DNA of 64,000 nucleotides from Sminthopsis crassicaudata (GCF_048593235.1 NC_133618.1:257449882-257513881), one strand, 5' to 3'; shown: positions 13,499 to 27,701, counted from the stretch's first letter. Notes: generated from the sequence alone by a model not told the origin. Made by a program: numbers and translations.

Positions 13499-13666
13499 GT
13501 CACCACCTTTTCGTGGGATCATCCCTCAATGACCTGGCCGTTGGCTTCATCCTCCTGGCTGGCTCTCTACTTGTCCTCTGCTCTGGCCTGGTGCTCATCG
13601 TCCGCCTCCTCAACTCCGTCCTTCATGGCCAGATTGCCCAGGTCATTCGAAAGGTCATCAATGCTG
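13499..13666 (+). CDS. SLC34A3: SLC34A3 coding exon 9
   Basis: 168 nt, [33 protein letters not shown]. Confidence 0.97.
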
Positions 13667-14234
13667 GTGAGGGGGAACTGGCATTGGAGGGGAGGGCAGT
13701 TGGCCAGGTACTGTCCAGGAGGAGAACACAAGGGGGAAAGATGAGGATTGGAGGAAGTTTAGGAAGTGTGGCAGATTGGCAAGAATATGGGACTTTCGGA
13801 GTCAGGAGATGTGGAAGCTCTCTGCCACTAAATCCATTCTGTGAAGTTGGGAAAGTTCCTTGACCTCTCTGAGACTCATCTGTAAAATGGTGATGATAAT
13901 AATTCAACTATCTGTCTTGAAGGATTTTGGTGAGAACCAAAAATAATAATGTAAAAAACATCATAAACCCTAAGGGCAATGTCAAAAATTAGTAATATCA
14001 TTATTGCTACTAATATCAGGAATTTTTTGCTACCAGTTTTATAAAAGTGGGTATTCTCTGAGGCTCATTTAGCCTCATTTACAAAATGAGGAAAATACTA
14101 GTTAAACTAATTATCTTAGAGGACTACTTTTAAGAAAGTGATTTTATAAACTGTAAAGTGCTATATAAATTGCATATTCTGTTATTAATTTTTTATAATC
14201 ACTATGGTTATTTTCTTCCTCTTGATTCCTGCAG

Positions 14235-14351
14235 AATTCCCTTTCCCCTTTGGATGGCTCAGCGGCTACCTGGCTATTGTGGTTGGTGCTGTTATGACCT
14301 TTGTGGTCCAGAGCAGCAGCGTCTTCACTGCTGCTATCATTCCCCTGATGG
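14235..14351 (+). CDS. SLC34A3: SLC34A3 coding exon 10 (second QSSS repeat)
   Basis: 117 nt, [39 protein letters not shown]. Confidence 0.97.
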
Positions 14352-15007
14352 GTAAGAGAAGATGTCTCACTGTGGGATGGACTGGGAGAGACAGTGAGAT
14401 GCTGGTCCAATTCAATTTAGTTTAGCTCATTATATACTTACTAAATGCCTATTATTTATAAGACACTGTAGTAGATGCTAAGGGTAGAAAGACAAAACAG
14501 TCAGCCTCTGCCCTCAAGGAGCTTACTTTCTATTAAGGAATTACTGGCACTCTTACAGATAAGAAATCCAAGAAATTTGGTGGAGCACTAACAATAGAAG
14601 TGAGTAGGTGAAAAGGCATCAGAACAGGTTTTAACTGGGAATGAGTTGAACCTTGAAGGGAAATAAAGGTTCAAATCCTTTGCTAAAGGGATGAGAAAGG
14701 AAGGTGAGGTAAGGAACTTGAGGAAAGAAAATGTGGCTTTCAATAACCATGGAGAGGGTAACAGAATTAATAAATGAAGAATAAAAAGGTTGTCATACTG
14801 TAGTAAAAACTCAGTTGTGAGTAGGTAATATATATTTATAGTAGTTAACTCAGTACTTTCTGTGACCTTCTGTGATTTCTCTGTGACTTTCTCCAGTATA
14901 TTATGAATAGGAACAGAGAAAGAAAATGGTAGGGATAAACCCAGGTATGGGGTTTGGCAAAGTACAGATGTCAGTAGAACAAGAGCATTAAGAATGGGTC
15001 CAAGTCT

Positions 15008-15161
15008 GGGACAGCTAGGTGGCGCAGTGGAGAGAGCACCAGTCCTGAAGTCAGGAGGACCCGAGTTCAAATATGACCTCAGGTACTTCTTGGCTCTGTG
15101 ACCCTGGCAAGTCACTTATCCCCAATTGCCTCAGCAAAAAACAAAAACAAACAAACAAAAA
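15008..15161 (+). mobile_element. Full-length WSINE1-type SINE with a 17-bp TSD
   Basis: GGGACAGCTAGGTGGCGCAGTGG..AATTGCCTCAGC with (CAAA)n tail; AAGAATGGGTCCAAGTC at 14990-15006 and 15162-15178. Confidence 0.88.
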
Positions 15162-15583
15162 AAGAATGGGTCCAAGTCAATGAAGAAAAGAAAGAGAAAA
15201 CAATCCAGGAGTTTTGATTTAACAATGAGGGAAAAAGAGACTGAAGGATGTAGTGAGAGTGAAGAATGGATTCAGAAGGAGGCACAGGTAGGTGGAAAAA
15301 GATGGAACATCAGAGAGGAATCTTATAGTTTAAGATCATGGAAATAGCTCACTTATCCCCAATTGCCTCAGTAAAAAACAAAAACAAACAAACAAAAAAA
15401 GAATGGGTCCAAGTCAATGAAGAAAAGAAAGAGAAAACAATCCAGGAGTTTTGATTTAACAATGAGGGAAAAAGAGACTGAAGGATGTAGTGAGAGTGAA
15501 GAATGGATTCAGAAGGAGGCACAGGTAGGTGGAAAAAGATAGAACATCAGAGAGGAATCTTATAGTTCAAGATCATGGAAATA
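15112..15583 (+). repeat. Tandem duplication, 237-bp period, 2 copies
   Basis: 15112-15346 and 15349-15583, 3 substitutions, 2-nt spacer. Confidence 0.95.
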
Positions 15584-17304
15584 ACACAATAAGGGGTGTT
15601 GTTATTGAACTGAATGGCTGATAGATCTAAGATTTGTTCCTCCCTATGGGTGACTAAGGTACAGTGACAACAGGTTATGGAAATTGAAAGAATTAATGAT
15701 CTGGGATGCCAGGATATTTAAGAAGACATTAAGATTTATATTGAAATCTCTAGGTAAGAGGACAGGGATTGGCGTAGAAAGAAAGACTGATGTACTACTG
15801 AAGTCCTTGAGGAAGGAAGGCGAATGACTCAGATTGATTGATGGGTGACTGTGACCAGGTTCTGGGCAGAGTGATATAAATAGGTATCAAAACATCAAAA
15901 GGAGAAGATGTAGCTGAGTGATGATGTGAGAGAGATAATGACATCCAGAAGAGATAGTGAGATCAGTGAGATGTAATGAGTTGTTTGTTTTTTTTTTTTT
16001 CTTTCTTTTAAGACTAAAATTCCCTATTTTGTCTGTCTAGGTATATTGTGGCCACTTGTAAATCTGATTCCTAACACTAATCAGTCCAGAAGCGTAACAC
16101 GCTGTTTTTCCCGTTGAGCCCCCTTCCCCACTCTCAGCTTAGTGACTTTCTGTTCCTGAGATCTCACTAAATTGGTACCAGACTTAATTAATCCCATTAG
16201 TACGGACTTTAGTGCTATTGCAATTTAGACCTCTCATACTCAAGCAATCAAAAGAACACATTCCTCCTAACAGGAACCACAGGCCTGCACCACCACACTC
16301 TGGTGCAAAGATGATTCTCACTTATTGATGGGAAATTTGAAAAAAGACAACCTAATGTTGGAAAGGGTGACCAGGGAAACAATGATTTAGAAAGGGCCCA
16401 AGTTGGAGGAAATGTAAGAGGAACACGTATAGAGTAAAGTAATAAAACAAGAGTTCCAGGTAGCACAGCGTAAAGTGAGCACTCCAAAAATAAGGAATTG
16501 TCTTGTAAGACTGGCTTCATGAATGAGGAAAGTTATGAAAAGGTTTGGGATGTGTATGTGTATACTGGTGTATGTTTTGCTATAGTGGGAAAAAAATAAG
16601 AGATTTCTTGCTTGGGTCAATGGGGTGAAATCAATGATAGAGAAAACATAGAGTTGCTTAGTTATTTTGTTTCCGTATTCTCTTCTAAGAAAAATAATGA
16701 TCTTTGGACAGGAAAAATGATGAGTAGGTGATGCCCCTGATAAGTAGGGAACTAGCAAGCTTACCTACTGCCCTTGATGTGTTTAAGTCACTTGGTTTTG
16801 ATAAGCAATATTCTAGAAAGACTAAGATAAACCACTTTGAAAGATATGGAGAGAGTGAAAGCTATCATTGAAGTAGGGAAGGTCAAGGGTCATCCTGATT
16901 TTCAAAGAAAGGAAAGAGGAGGGATTCTACAAACTATTGGCAACTGGCATGACTTAAATTCCAGGCAAAACTATAGAATACATTTTATAAGGAAAAACCT
17001 AGAAAAGGAAGCAACAATCACAGAAAGTGTGGTTTCATCATGAACAGGTTTTGCTAGGCTATAAACTAATTTCCTTTATGATAGAATTAGGAACATTAGT
17101 TTTAGCAAAGCCCTTGAAAAAGTTTTTCATAATATTTTTTGGTGGAAAAGGTTGAGATTCATTTTTTTTATCATTTTTTGCAGTCTGGTAAAACCTATAG
17201 ACTCTTTCCTAGAGTAATGTTTTGAAATGCATAAAATAAAATCTATAAGATTATAGAAATGAGTAATTAATCTTATCTACAATTATATTTTATGTTTATT
17301 TTTT

Positions 17305-17400
17305 TCTCTGAGGCAATTGGGGTTAAGTAACTTGCCCAGGGTCACACAGCTAGGAAGGGTTAAGTGTCTGAGGCCACATTTGAACTCAGGTCTTCCTGAC
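17305..17400 (-). mobile_element. WSINE1-type SINE fragment
   Basis: GAGGCAATTGGGGTTAAGTAACTTGCCCAGGGTCACACAGC..TTTGAACTCAGGTCTTCCTGAC. Confidence 0.8.
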
Positions 17401-19727
17401 TAAAGTACAATTATTTAAAAAAATTTTTTTTCAGTTCATAGGCTTCAGGTTAAGAATTCTGGAGATGAGAGTACAGTCCATTGGACCCAGAATTGGTTGA
17501 ATGACTAGATCCAAAGAAATTCCATCAATGTGGAAAAAGATATGTACTGGAGGGTGCTCAGTGCCTAGAATTTGTGGTAGAATGTTCCCCCTTTTCTCTG
17601 GTGATCAGACTTTTATTTTCAGAGTATATCATTTGGGGTTGCAATTTTGGTTCCTTTGCTTTTTGAATGTTTCAGTGGTGTCAAACTTAAAATAAAAGCA
17701 GATCCCTTAAGATTACATATTGACTTAGAAAACCACAAGTGAACATTATTATTATGTGTAGTATTTTTATTTATTTTGTTAAACATTTTCCAATTGTTTT
17801 AATTTGGTTGGACTGGACTTAGGAGTTTTGTTGGCCTGCAGGCTGAAAGTTTGATACCTCTCTGCTAAACTATTTCTTGCAGGTATTTCTAGAGGATATA
17901 CAATAATTTTGAATTATTTGAACTTCCTGTCCTTTATATCTGAAGGTCTTTATCTTGGTCATTATAGAATTTATTTGTCATTAGAATTGTTCCATTTGAT
18001 CAATGTAGGGTTTGGTTGCTTTGGTTTTCTGAAGATAATTTGTCTTTTAATGGGTGCTTTGTTTTCTGTACTTTCTTTTGGATAATTTTTTTTTTTGCAT
18101 TATTTTCTTTATGATAATGTTCAGTCTTTTTTATTTGTCACATTCTTCTGGGAAACCTATATTCCTTTAGTTGTTTCTGCATATCCTGTCTTCAAGGTCA
18201 ATAACTTTGGCTTTGTGTAGAGATCATGTGTTCTTTTAATGCGGTTGTCTTCTCTTTTTTGCCAGATTTTTCTCCATTTCTGTATTCCTTCATTCCAAAT
18301 TTATTAAATCTCTTTTGCTTCCTTGAAGAACTTTTCTGTTGTGAATTTGACCTTTTCTAATCTGCTAATTGGGTGTTTTATTGCTTACATTGAAAGCTAA
18401 AACTTCTAGCATATATTAATTCCTAATTTCTTCTCTAATCGATTTTATTTTTATTTTTGAAAAATTCTGGAGTTTCTTGTTTTGGTTCCACAGAAGCAGC
18501 TATATTGTGCAATAGACAGAGCACCGAGCCTAGAGTCAGAAGACCTGAGTTCAAATTAGCCTCAGATTCTTACTATCTATCTGTAGGACCCTGGGAAGGT
18601 CACTTATTCACTATCTGCCTCCGTTTTCTCATCTCTAAAATTAAGATAATTTGCTCTTGCCTCCTAGAATTGTCAGGATAAAATGAAGCAATAATTTTAA
18701 AGGACTTTACAAACCTTAACAAACTATATAAACACTAACTTTTATTAGTTAATATCATTTTTGTCTTACACTATTAAGAGAAGTCTGTAATCTCTTTGAG
18801 GGTTTAGTCTTCATATTTCCTTCTAGTTTTTGGTTCCTTTCTATTAGGTTTTCTTCTTAAAATTTTTAGCCTTTAGCCTATTCATTTTAGCCTTTATTTT
18901 TATATTTCCCTGTCATCTACGTTCTTATTCTTCTCCCTTTCCTGAAGGTTACATTTCTGGGGCTGAACTACAAAACGGACTTGGTATTCTTTCACATGGG
19001 GTGGACTTAGATTTCACTGGCTTGGTCTCTGCCTTAGAGAGCCTCATGGTCCTGAGTTCCTTCCTTGGCCTTTCTCTTGTTGGCCAACTGAACCAACCCC
19101 TTCCACTTTCTGCAGCTTAGAGAGCAGGTACAGGGGAAGCAGTTAGAAGGTAGTGCCCTTTCCCCTTTCCCCTTACCTCCTCCTCCCATAGTGGGAGAGA
19201 ATGGGATTTGAGGTGGTAGGAGCTGGGCAGGCGGATGAGATGTACCAGAACTCTGCAGCAAAAGGGGATTCTAAAATAGGCTGCAGACTGCTGGAGGGGT
19301 AGAGGTTTGTCTTTAAAGGTGAACATTTCCAGGCTCATTCATAGGGATTTTTATCATGTCAAGGCTCTCTCTTTTTTGTCATGTGGGTCCAGTTGTGACT
19401 GTTGTATACCTGGTGCATAATTACTTTTTTTTTTTTTTTTTTTCGAGAATTAGTGGAGAGTGAAGAAAATGTTCAGTTTTGCTATCCTATTAGTTTCATG
19501 ACCAGAAAGTTGTACCTTTGCTTTTTTTTTTTTTTTAAACATTTCCCCAATTATTTGGATAAAGAAATGGATGGCCTATTTAATCACATTTATAGAGGGT
19601 TCTTCAAGTTGAGAAGAATGGCTAACATATTGGATGAAAATTTCAGGATTGAAAAAAATCCTGACAGGCAAGAACACTGAGTCAAATCTAAAAAGATAAA
19701 ATTCATTAGGAGTAAAGGTAAACTATC

Positions 19728-19985
19728 CAGGCAGCTAGGTGGTGCAGGGGATAAAGCTTGGGCTTACAATCAGGAAGGCTCTCATGTTCCAGAGTTCAAA
19801 CCTGGTCTTGGCTACTTACCGGCTGTGTAACTCAGAACAAGTCACTTAACCCTATTTGCCTCAGTTTTCCCATCTATAAAATGAGCTAGAGAAGGAAGTG
19901 GCCAATCACTCCAGTCTTTTTGCCAAGAAAATTCCCAATGGAGTCAGGAAGAATCAGATGTGGCTGACATGAGTGAACAACAATA
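19728..19985 (+). mobile_element. MAR1-type SINE inserted in the L3 element
   Basis: GGCAGCTAGGTGGTGCAG head; GAGAAGGAAGTGGCCAATCACTCCAG..TTTGCCAAGAAAA tail. Confidence 0.75.
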
Positions 19986-21394
19986 ATACATGTAAAATAT
20001 TATATAAATCAATATCAAAAGTGTTAGATAGAAAAATGTGACTAAGTATCACTTCATCTGAAAAACCTCTGGGGAGTATGTAAATTCATTATAGAACTAT
20101 AAATTCGATAAGATTCCATAGTGTGATTTGGCAGCCCCCCCCCCCAATTAAAACAATCTTAGCCTGCAATAAAAGGAGTATGGTGTCCAGGACTAGGGTG
20201 GTATTAGTTACTCCGTATTCTATCCTCATCAGAACATATCTGGAGTACTGTATTTCATTCTAAACTCCCCATGTTAGGTAGACATTCACAAATGGAAAAA
20301 AGTCCAAAGAAAAGTTGCCAGGATGATGAGGGGCCTTGAGTTCATGCTACATGAGGACCGGTTGAAAGAACCAGGGGATTGCTAGCTACTGACCATAAGA
20401 TTTGTGTTGTTTACAGACAGCACCCCTTATACGACAAGGACTTTTGGGGTAGGATTAAAAAAGCATGGGAAAAGCCCATAAGTCAGGTGACCTGCCTGGT
20501 CCAATTGAATTATGTTCAAAACAAGTTTCTGTCATTTTAAACATTCTCTTTTCTGTTATAAAACTCACCTCTATAAATCACTTGGGGTCTCTGACATTTG
20601 AAGAGCCAGGTGACCTGATTTGGTCTGCAAATGCTAGCTTTGCAAGTTAAATTACAGATGTTTCATTAAAAAAGAGAGAACTGGGAGTGCTTACCCTGGA
20701 GAAAATAAGACTTGGGGGTGGAGGTGGGCACAATAGCTATCTTCAGGTATTTGGGCTGTCATGTGGAAAAGGGATTATTAGACTTGTTCTGCTTGAGTGC
20801 AGGCCCCAGAGTTCAGAACTAGGACTCTGTAGAGGAAAAATTAGATCTGATGTAAGGGAAAATAGTTACCAATAGTTATAATTAGTAAAAAAAGGAATAG
20901 GCTTGGGGCGCTCAGATGGTGGATAAAACAATGGCCCTGGAGTCAGGAGAACCTGAGTTCAAATCCAACCTCAAACAGATGTGTGACCTTGGACAAGTCG
21001 TTTAATCCTGATTGCCTGCAAATTAAAAAAAAAAAAAAATGAAATGGATTAGTGTAGGAAGTAACAGTTTCCCCCCTTAATGAAAGTCTTTAAGTAGAGG
21101 TACTTCTTTTTGGGTATGTTATAGAAAAAATTTACATATAGGTTGAATTAGAGGGCTTCTGAGATCTCTTCCAAGTCTGAGATTCTGGGACAGTAATTCT
21201 CAATTATAGCAATAAGTTGAGTAAATGACTGATATTCCCACCAACAAGGATCTTAGGATGAAGAAAGGTGGCAGGGAGGAGATTTGGTGCAGAATTTGGT
21301 TAGGAAATAGTGTGATGGGGTCCTCGGAGCCCTTGTGAGCTCACACTTCTCTGCCTCATCCCAAGACAGTAGGCAGTGATGTACACACAGAATA

Positions 21395-24300
21395 TTCTGA
21401 ATCTTGTGATTGCAGAATTTGAGAGTTGGAATGGACTGCTGTGGTGGTGCACAAATAAAGAAGGAAAGCCTCCACCTCTCAAAGCAGTCGCTGAGTGTTT
21501 AGAAGCTTTTCTTAACTTTTCAGGTCTAAATTTGCTTCTTTGTAACATCCACCTACTACATGTGGTTCTGCCCTCTGGGCCAAACAGAGCAAATCCAATA
21601 ATCCCCTTTCCACATGACAGCCCTTCAAATATTTGAAGACAGCTATCGTGTCCTCTCCCATTTCTTCTTTCTCCAAGCTAAACATTTCCAGTTCCTTCCA
21701 ACAATGCCCAAATAATGCGACCTAAACCCTGGCTTACTGAAGCTCTGTTTTATACTAGTTTTCGTTCTGTGCACATTATGATTTATCAGTATTCTTAAAC
21801 TGTAGCAAATAAAGCTTAATACAGTGCTACTCCTGATCAGAGCAGAGACTACCAACTTCTTTTTTTCTTTTTTCTCTTCTTCTTTCTTCTTTACCAACTT
21901 CTTAATGCAGCACAAAACTACATTAACTTTCTTGTTTGACATATCACTGACCTACATTTTGAGCTTGAAGTCCACTAAATTCTCAAATATCTTTTTCTTT
22001 TTAAAATACATGCAAAGATAGTTTTCAATATTCACCTTTACAAAACTGTGTTCCAAATTTTTCTCCCTTCCTCACCCCCTCCCCCTTCCCCTAGACAGCA
22101 AGTAATCCAATATAGATTAAACATGTGCAGTTCTTCTAAACATATTTCCATATCAACTATCTTTTAAGCAAACTTCCATCTAGTTTAATACTTTCCTCAC
22201 CTTTTACTTATAGTATATAGGCTCTGAGCTACGTTGCCAAACCACATTTGTTCTAGTGGGTCAGATCCCCAGAGTGAGCCTACCAGAAATAGAGGTGGTA
22301 TCTTGTATTCATGGCAAGGTGAGGAAAGAAGGCAGCCACCAGCAGGAAGCAAGCCACAGCCACTAATAGAGCTGCTACCTCTCTCCCAACCCTGAAGCTT
22401 ATAGCAGGTATTTTTTTGTTGTTGTTGCTTTTTTGACATTTGAAAAAGAGTTTATCAATTAATATCCAAACTTTTGTAGATATGCTCAATTCTGGCTCAG
22501 TCTCCAACTGAAAGACTTTTTTTTATCATCACACACTAAGCAAATAGCAAACATCTAGGAGGATACCTGCGCAGAACAATTAAGTGGTAGGTCCTCCTGA
22601 TTCCAGCATCATCACTCTACCCATGGCACCATCTAGCTGCTCTACCTATCTGTGCATACTTTGGAACAAGAATGGGTGCCTTTGTCACACTTCTACAAGT
22701 AAGCTTACCAAGTCTCAGAGATATGTTATGTGCGCTAAGAATTTAGTCTTTGGAGCTTACTTATGAAATTGATTTTTTTCAACAATAAAATGTAAGATTT
22801 TCCATTTAACCTTATTGAATTTCATCTAATTAGATTCAGCCCAATATCTATAAAGAGTTTATTGGATCCTGACACTCTTTATTGTGTTAGCTACCCCACC
22901 CATTTTATGTAAAGTACTGTTATTAAGCATATCTTTGCTATTCAAATCATTGATTAGAAATTGTTAAATAACACAGGACCAAATGCAGATTCCTGGGCTG
23001 CTACATTGATTTTGAACCACAAACAACTACTCATTTAATGGGTTCTCTAATTTGTTCTGAGTCACCTAATTTTATCATTGTCTAGGTCACACCTCTCTAC
23101 CTCACTCATAAGAAGAGTAGGAGTGAGGTACTTTATTCAAAATTTTAATGAAATCCAAGTAAACTCCATCTAGAGGATTTTTCTCATCTATCCAGTTGGC
23201 AATATCATAAATGGAAATTAGATTAGTCTGACATAGCCTGTTATTGAATAAACCATTCTCTGTATACAGTTACGGTATTCAGTTGTCCCTCTCTTGATAT
23301 TAGTTCATTATCTGTTTAAAGACTTCCTACAGAATTTTCCCCAGAATCAATGTCAATCTCATTTGGCTATAGTTTGAAGATCATTTCCTTCTTTTTTTGA
23401 AAATCAGAAAACCACTTGCCTTTCTCCAATCCTATAGTTTTTCTTCTATTTCCCATGATCTTTCAAGTATTATTGACCTTGGTTCAGCAATCACACCTGC
23501 CAGTTCTTTCTGTATCTAAAGATGTTGTTCATCTGGACCAGATAACTTAAATGTATCAAGGACAACTAGGTATACTAGATATTAAATCTCCTTACTTATC
23601 TTGGATATTAACTCTGTTAGCTATTTTGGTCGATCATTTCCAGTGCAAAGGTTATTTGCCTTGGCAAAGAAATTAGAATTGAGCAACTCTGCTCTCTTGT
23701 TAGTTTATCATCTTCCCATCCATTCTTTGATGCGCTTTTATTTCTCACTGTAGTTTTCTTCAGCTTTCCCCAAATCTAGAGAACACATTAAACTATACCC
23801 GCATTTCCTCTCCTCTATCAAATATTCTAGGAGGGAGTAATCATTTTCTTCATCTCCCTATTGTTCCCACCCCAACAACCAGTTCCTTCCTCCTGTTAGT
23901 AAGAATTAGATCCAGAATAAATTTTCCCTTCATTGATTCTTCCACATTTTGTTTTTTGAGCTTTTCTGTTTTTGTTTTCCTCCACATTTGGAAGGATGAA
24001 ATTATCACTAAAGCAAGTGAAGAAGTTATTAGCTTCTCTGGATTCATCAGGAGAGAGAGATCGAGTAGAAGTCTGGATCATTTAAGTTCCCTGTCACTAC
24101 TATATGTGGAAACATTTGTGCCAAACTTTTAATCTGTTTCCCAAACTCATTATCTATTTATTCTTCATCTCCAGGTGGCCTGTAGCATATACTATAATGA
24201 CCAAATTACTTCTGGTTTTCCTGCTATTAAAGGGAAATCACCCAATACTCCTTACCATGCTTCCTTCCTCTGGTATCCGGATTTCTTCACGTACCATCTT

Positions 24301-24520
24301 GGTATTCAGTACTACCCTCCATCCCACCTTTTATCTATCCTCATTCTTTTTGGATAAACAGTACCTTTCTAGAACCTTAAACCACACCCTGGTTTCATCA
24401 TACCTATTCTCAGCAATACCTACAAAGTCAAATTTGCATCTTTACATTAAGACTTCTAGTTTCTTTTTTTCCCACCTAAACTTTAGGCATTTGTGTATAG
24501 GCACTAGATGCCTATAGGTA
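21395..24520 (-). mobile_element. CR1/L3 LINE, near-complete degenerate ORF2, minus strand
   Basis: Minus-strand CLYTNA*SLG (endonuclease start) from 24503, VYLDFIKILNKV at 23164-23130, L3 3' end near 21400. Limits approximate. Confidence 0.78.
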
Positions 24521-24678
24521 TCTGGTCTTAATTTAGGCTTGATTATTTTAATTATTAACTCCTATCTTGGATTTTGAGTTTTATGGCATCTGGGTGCTTG
24601 CCATTCTTTCTTTATTATAGTTTCTCTCTGTGATATCTGGCTTGTGGTATTTACATAGATAGCCTTTTCTCTCTGCCA

Positions 24679-24680
<2 letters not shown>

Positions 24681-24711
<31 letters not shown>
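24681..24711 (+). repeat. T31 homopolymer
   Basis: Read directly. Confidence 0.95.
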
Positions 24712-24712
<1 letters not shown>

Positions 24713-26683
24713 ACTTAGATTTGCAAGTTACCCAGCAAACTTTTTTTCTTATCAGTCTTGGTGTACTCCATCACTGCCTGGGAATCTGTCATCCCAATAT
24801 TTTAAGCAGTGGTCCCGTTCTCAGATTCCACCTTCCTGGCCAGTTACTCACTTCCCAAATTAACTTTTCTCTTCTTTATCCCTTACCTTCAGTGGCAATA
24901 AGAAGGAACATACAATCTGTGTCTCTCTGGGCTTTAGTTTCTTGCCCAAGATTTCATAATGGTTGGTAACACTTTTTAGATTCCTTTTGGCAGTATCATT
25001 TGTGCCTGTGTGAATCACCATAAGCGGGAAATAGTCATCTGTTTTGTTAAGTCTCTGGAGTTTCTCTCTTAGACTTTGGATATAAGCCCTGGGAAGACAA
25101 TATATCTGTTGTTGCCCTTGGGTTCACAAACTGTGGCCTCGGGGCCTCTGAGTGGATAATCACCAAATACAGCCACGCTTCTTTTTTCCCTCTGACCTTC
25201 CGTGGGAGATCTCTCACCTGATGGTTTCTGGGATTCTATGACATCATCCTTGAGAGGACATGCAGCTGCTTCCTCCCCAGAGCATCCAGCTCCTTCCTCT
25301 TCTGGAAAAAACTTCAAATCTATTTTTAAGCTCTAAGCATACAGCTGTCCTTTCCCTTTCTCCTTTGTGAAACATGCCTCTACTCTAATAAACAAACAGA
25401 AGTTGAATCTTCCTTCTTCCATCATCTCTGAGCCTTCACACACACCCTCAATTTTTTCCCACTGAAAACATTTCTGTTTTCTTTAGAAATATTTCATTGT
25501 CCATAACAGCCTGAAGAGAGGGAGACAGCTTCTTCTCTCAGGAGAGAAAACAGCCTACTTCTGGAATCCAGCTGAAGCAGAAATACAAACACTATTCAAA
25601 TGATTCAAGTCATTATATATTTTCACCTACTCTTCATTTTGGTTAAAATTTTCAGCCTTTTTTTTTTTTTGTTGTTTTTTGTTTTTTGTTTTGGATTACA
25701 TGTGGCAACTCCAAATGCCTCAGGGAAAAAAAAAAGAAAGAAAATAAACTACATGTGGATATTTATATCTCACTTGATTAAAATTTTTATTGCCTATTAT
25801 CTCATTTTAATAACTTAACAACCCTATTAAACTTCCTTTCCTTGAAGACTCAACAACAGACACATAGCTAAACCACATCGCCCCTTGTGCCTTGAAAAAA
25901 CTTGTTTCACCCATTTTCCTCATCTGTTAATCCCCTTGTCAATTTGCTGAACATTGGTTGCTCAGATTTATTCGGCTTATCTTTTTCTTACTTGCATGGC
26001 TTATAGTGCTATCAACTACCTTCTCTTTTTTTCCTCTTGGGTTTCCACCTGTAGGTCATAACCCCCAAATCTCCTTGATAACCCTGTTTTTTGAGGAAAC
26101 ACTGGTCAGGGTTGGTATGTGAGGCTCTAGTCTCCAGGCCCTTGGAGCCTGGACCTGTGAGAGCTCTAAAGGGCGGAAGGATTGTTACTTATCTCAGAGG
26201 GCTTGGTGAAACAGGGTTGATCTGGGAACTCTTTTACATGTGGCAACCGATTAAAACAAAACAAAACAAAACCCAAATTCAGTCCCTGGCCCTCAGTGGT
26301 AACGGAGTATAAAAGTATTGTGTTTGGATGATTTAGTGTGGCCTCTAAGTACAGGAAGACAACTCCACTTTTCTGGATACTGTGAAGAAAAGAAGGGAGG
26401 GATAGGTGTTGGGCCAGGAGATGTGACATCATGAGGAGCCCCTTGCCCAGAGGCTTGTCTTGAGAGGAGAAAATGTCAGGAGAGGAGGTTTGGTGTCAGG
26501 GGTGGCCTTTTCCTGCTGGGCGCCTGCTGGTAATGGAAATAGAGAAGGAAGGCGGAGACTCGGAAGCCAGCAGGTGAAGGCCCTTGTCCTCCAGGTGTGC
26601 GTATGGGAGCCACAGCCCAGGTGTTTGCGTGTTTTACCAGAAGTGGCAGTTCTTAGTCCAGGTGACTCCCCGTTCTCCTGCAG

Positions 26684-26808
26684 GAATTGGAGTGATCAGC
26701 ATGGAGCGGGCGTACCCCCTCCTCCTGGGCTCCAACATCGGTACAACGACCACCGCCTTGCTAGCCGCGCTCGCCAGCCCTGCTGACATGCTGCTCAGTG
26801 CTGTCCAG
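26684..26808 (+). CDS. SLC34A3: SLC34A3 coding exon 11
   Basis: 125 nt, [42 protein letters not shown]. Confidence 0.97.
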
Positions 26809-27701
26809 GTATTAACCTTTTTTTGGACTATCCAGGCATTTTAATGTGACTGAGCCTAGGATTCTGTAGATTTCTCAAAGTCCTTCCCTAAAAGGAAACC
26901 TTTTCCTTTGGTTTACACTTTCAGTTTAGGGGCAGAGTGTGGAATGGAGAAAATACCAATCTCACAGTAAACAGGACAGGATTAAGGCCCCCGAATGCCC
27001 TATTCCGTATTTGACACAGGCTTTCCCCATTGTACGCAGTCTAATCCAAGAAACCCTCCATTTATGTCCTAAATTCTATCCCAGCTAACGCTCATTTCTT
27101 CTCCCTTTAGCATCTTCCATTTCTCCCTCTTCTCTGGCTTCATAAGAAAAAACACTTAATCCAATTACCACTTAGGTTTCTCCCTCTCCTTTGCCATTAA
27201 ATTTTCTATTGCACGTGCCAGCCTACTGAGGGGCAGGAATGAGAACGAGGTCCCAGACTTTGCCCGAACTGACACTGAGTCACCCTTATCCAGAGTCGAT
27301 TCCAAGCTCACCAACTTCTTATCAAGCCTGATTTGTCCCAGTTTATCATGAATTGATTAATAAATTATCAGAACACCCTGTCTCAAAGTCACCAGGAAAA
27401 ATCCTGGGCAGGGCAGGGGTCCACGAGGAATGCCCTTGATAACCCCTTAGCTAGCGCAGATTAAGAATAGGTAGGGCCTCTGTGTAACCCAGTCACCAGG
27501 GGCCCCCTTACCAAGGAGTCTCTGCACTCTGATCTGTTCTATAAATGCAGCCTGGAGTCCCTGGGGCCCTTGTGATACTACGTGAATGCTCTCTTGCCCA
27601 GAAATCAGTCCTGGCTGGGTAATACTATTTGTGGGGAAGGATCTGGGGATGCTGTTGAGAAGACTCTTCCCACTCTATATTCTAACACAGATTTCCCCTA
27701 G

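Larger units (their letters stand above)
16490..21190 (+). mobile_element. Fragmented CR1/L3 LINE (ORF2 RT to 3' end) interrupted by younger SINEs and other inserts, in SLC34A3 intron 11
   Basis: Degenerate RT peptides: FSKALEKV near 17101, RTYLEYCISF near 20231, and RMMRGL-like and LEKIRL segments. L3-type 3' end near 21190. Limits approximate. Confidence 0.75.

Noticed and set aside
15008-15080. tRNA-like A/B boxes here and at about 10900, 19730 and 58840
   Set aside because: These are SINE heads followed by CORE and tail sequence, not tRNA genes.
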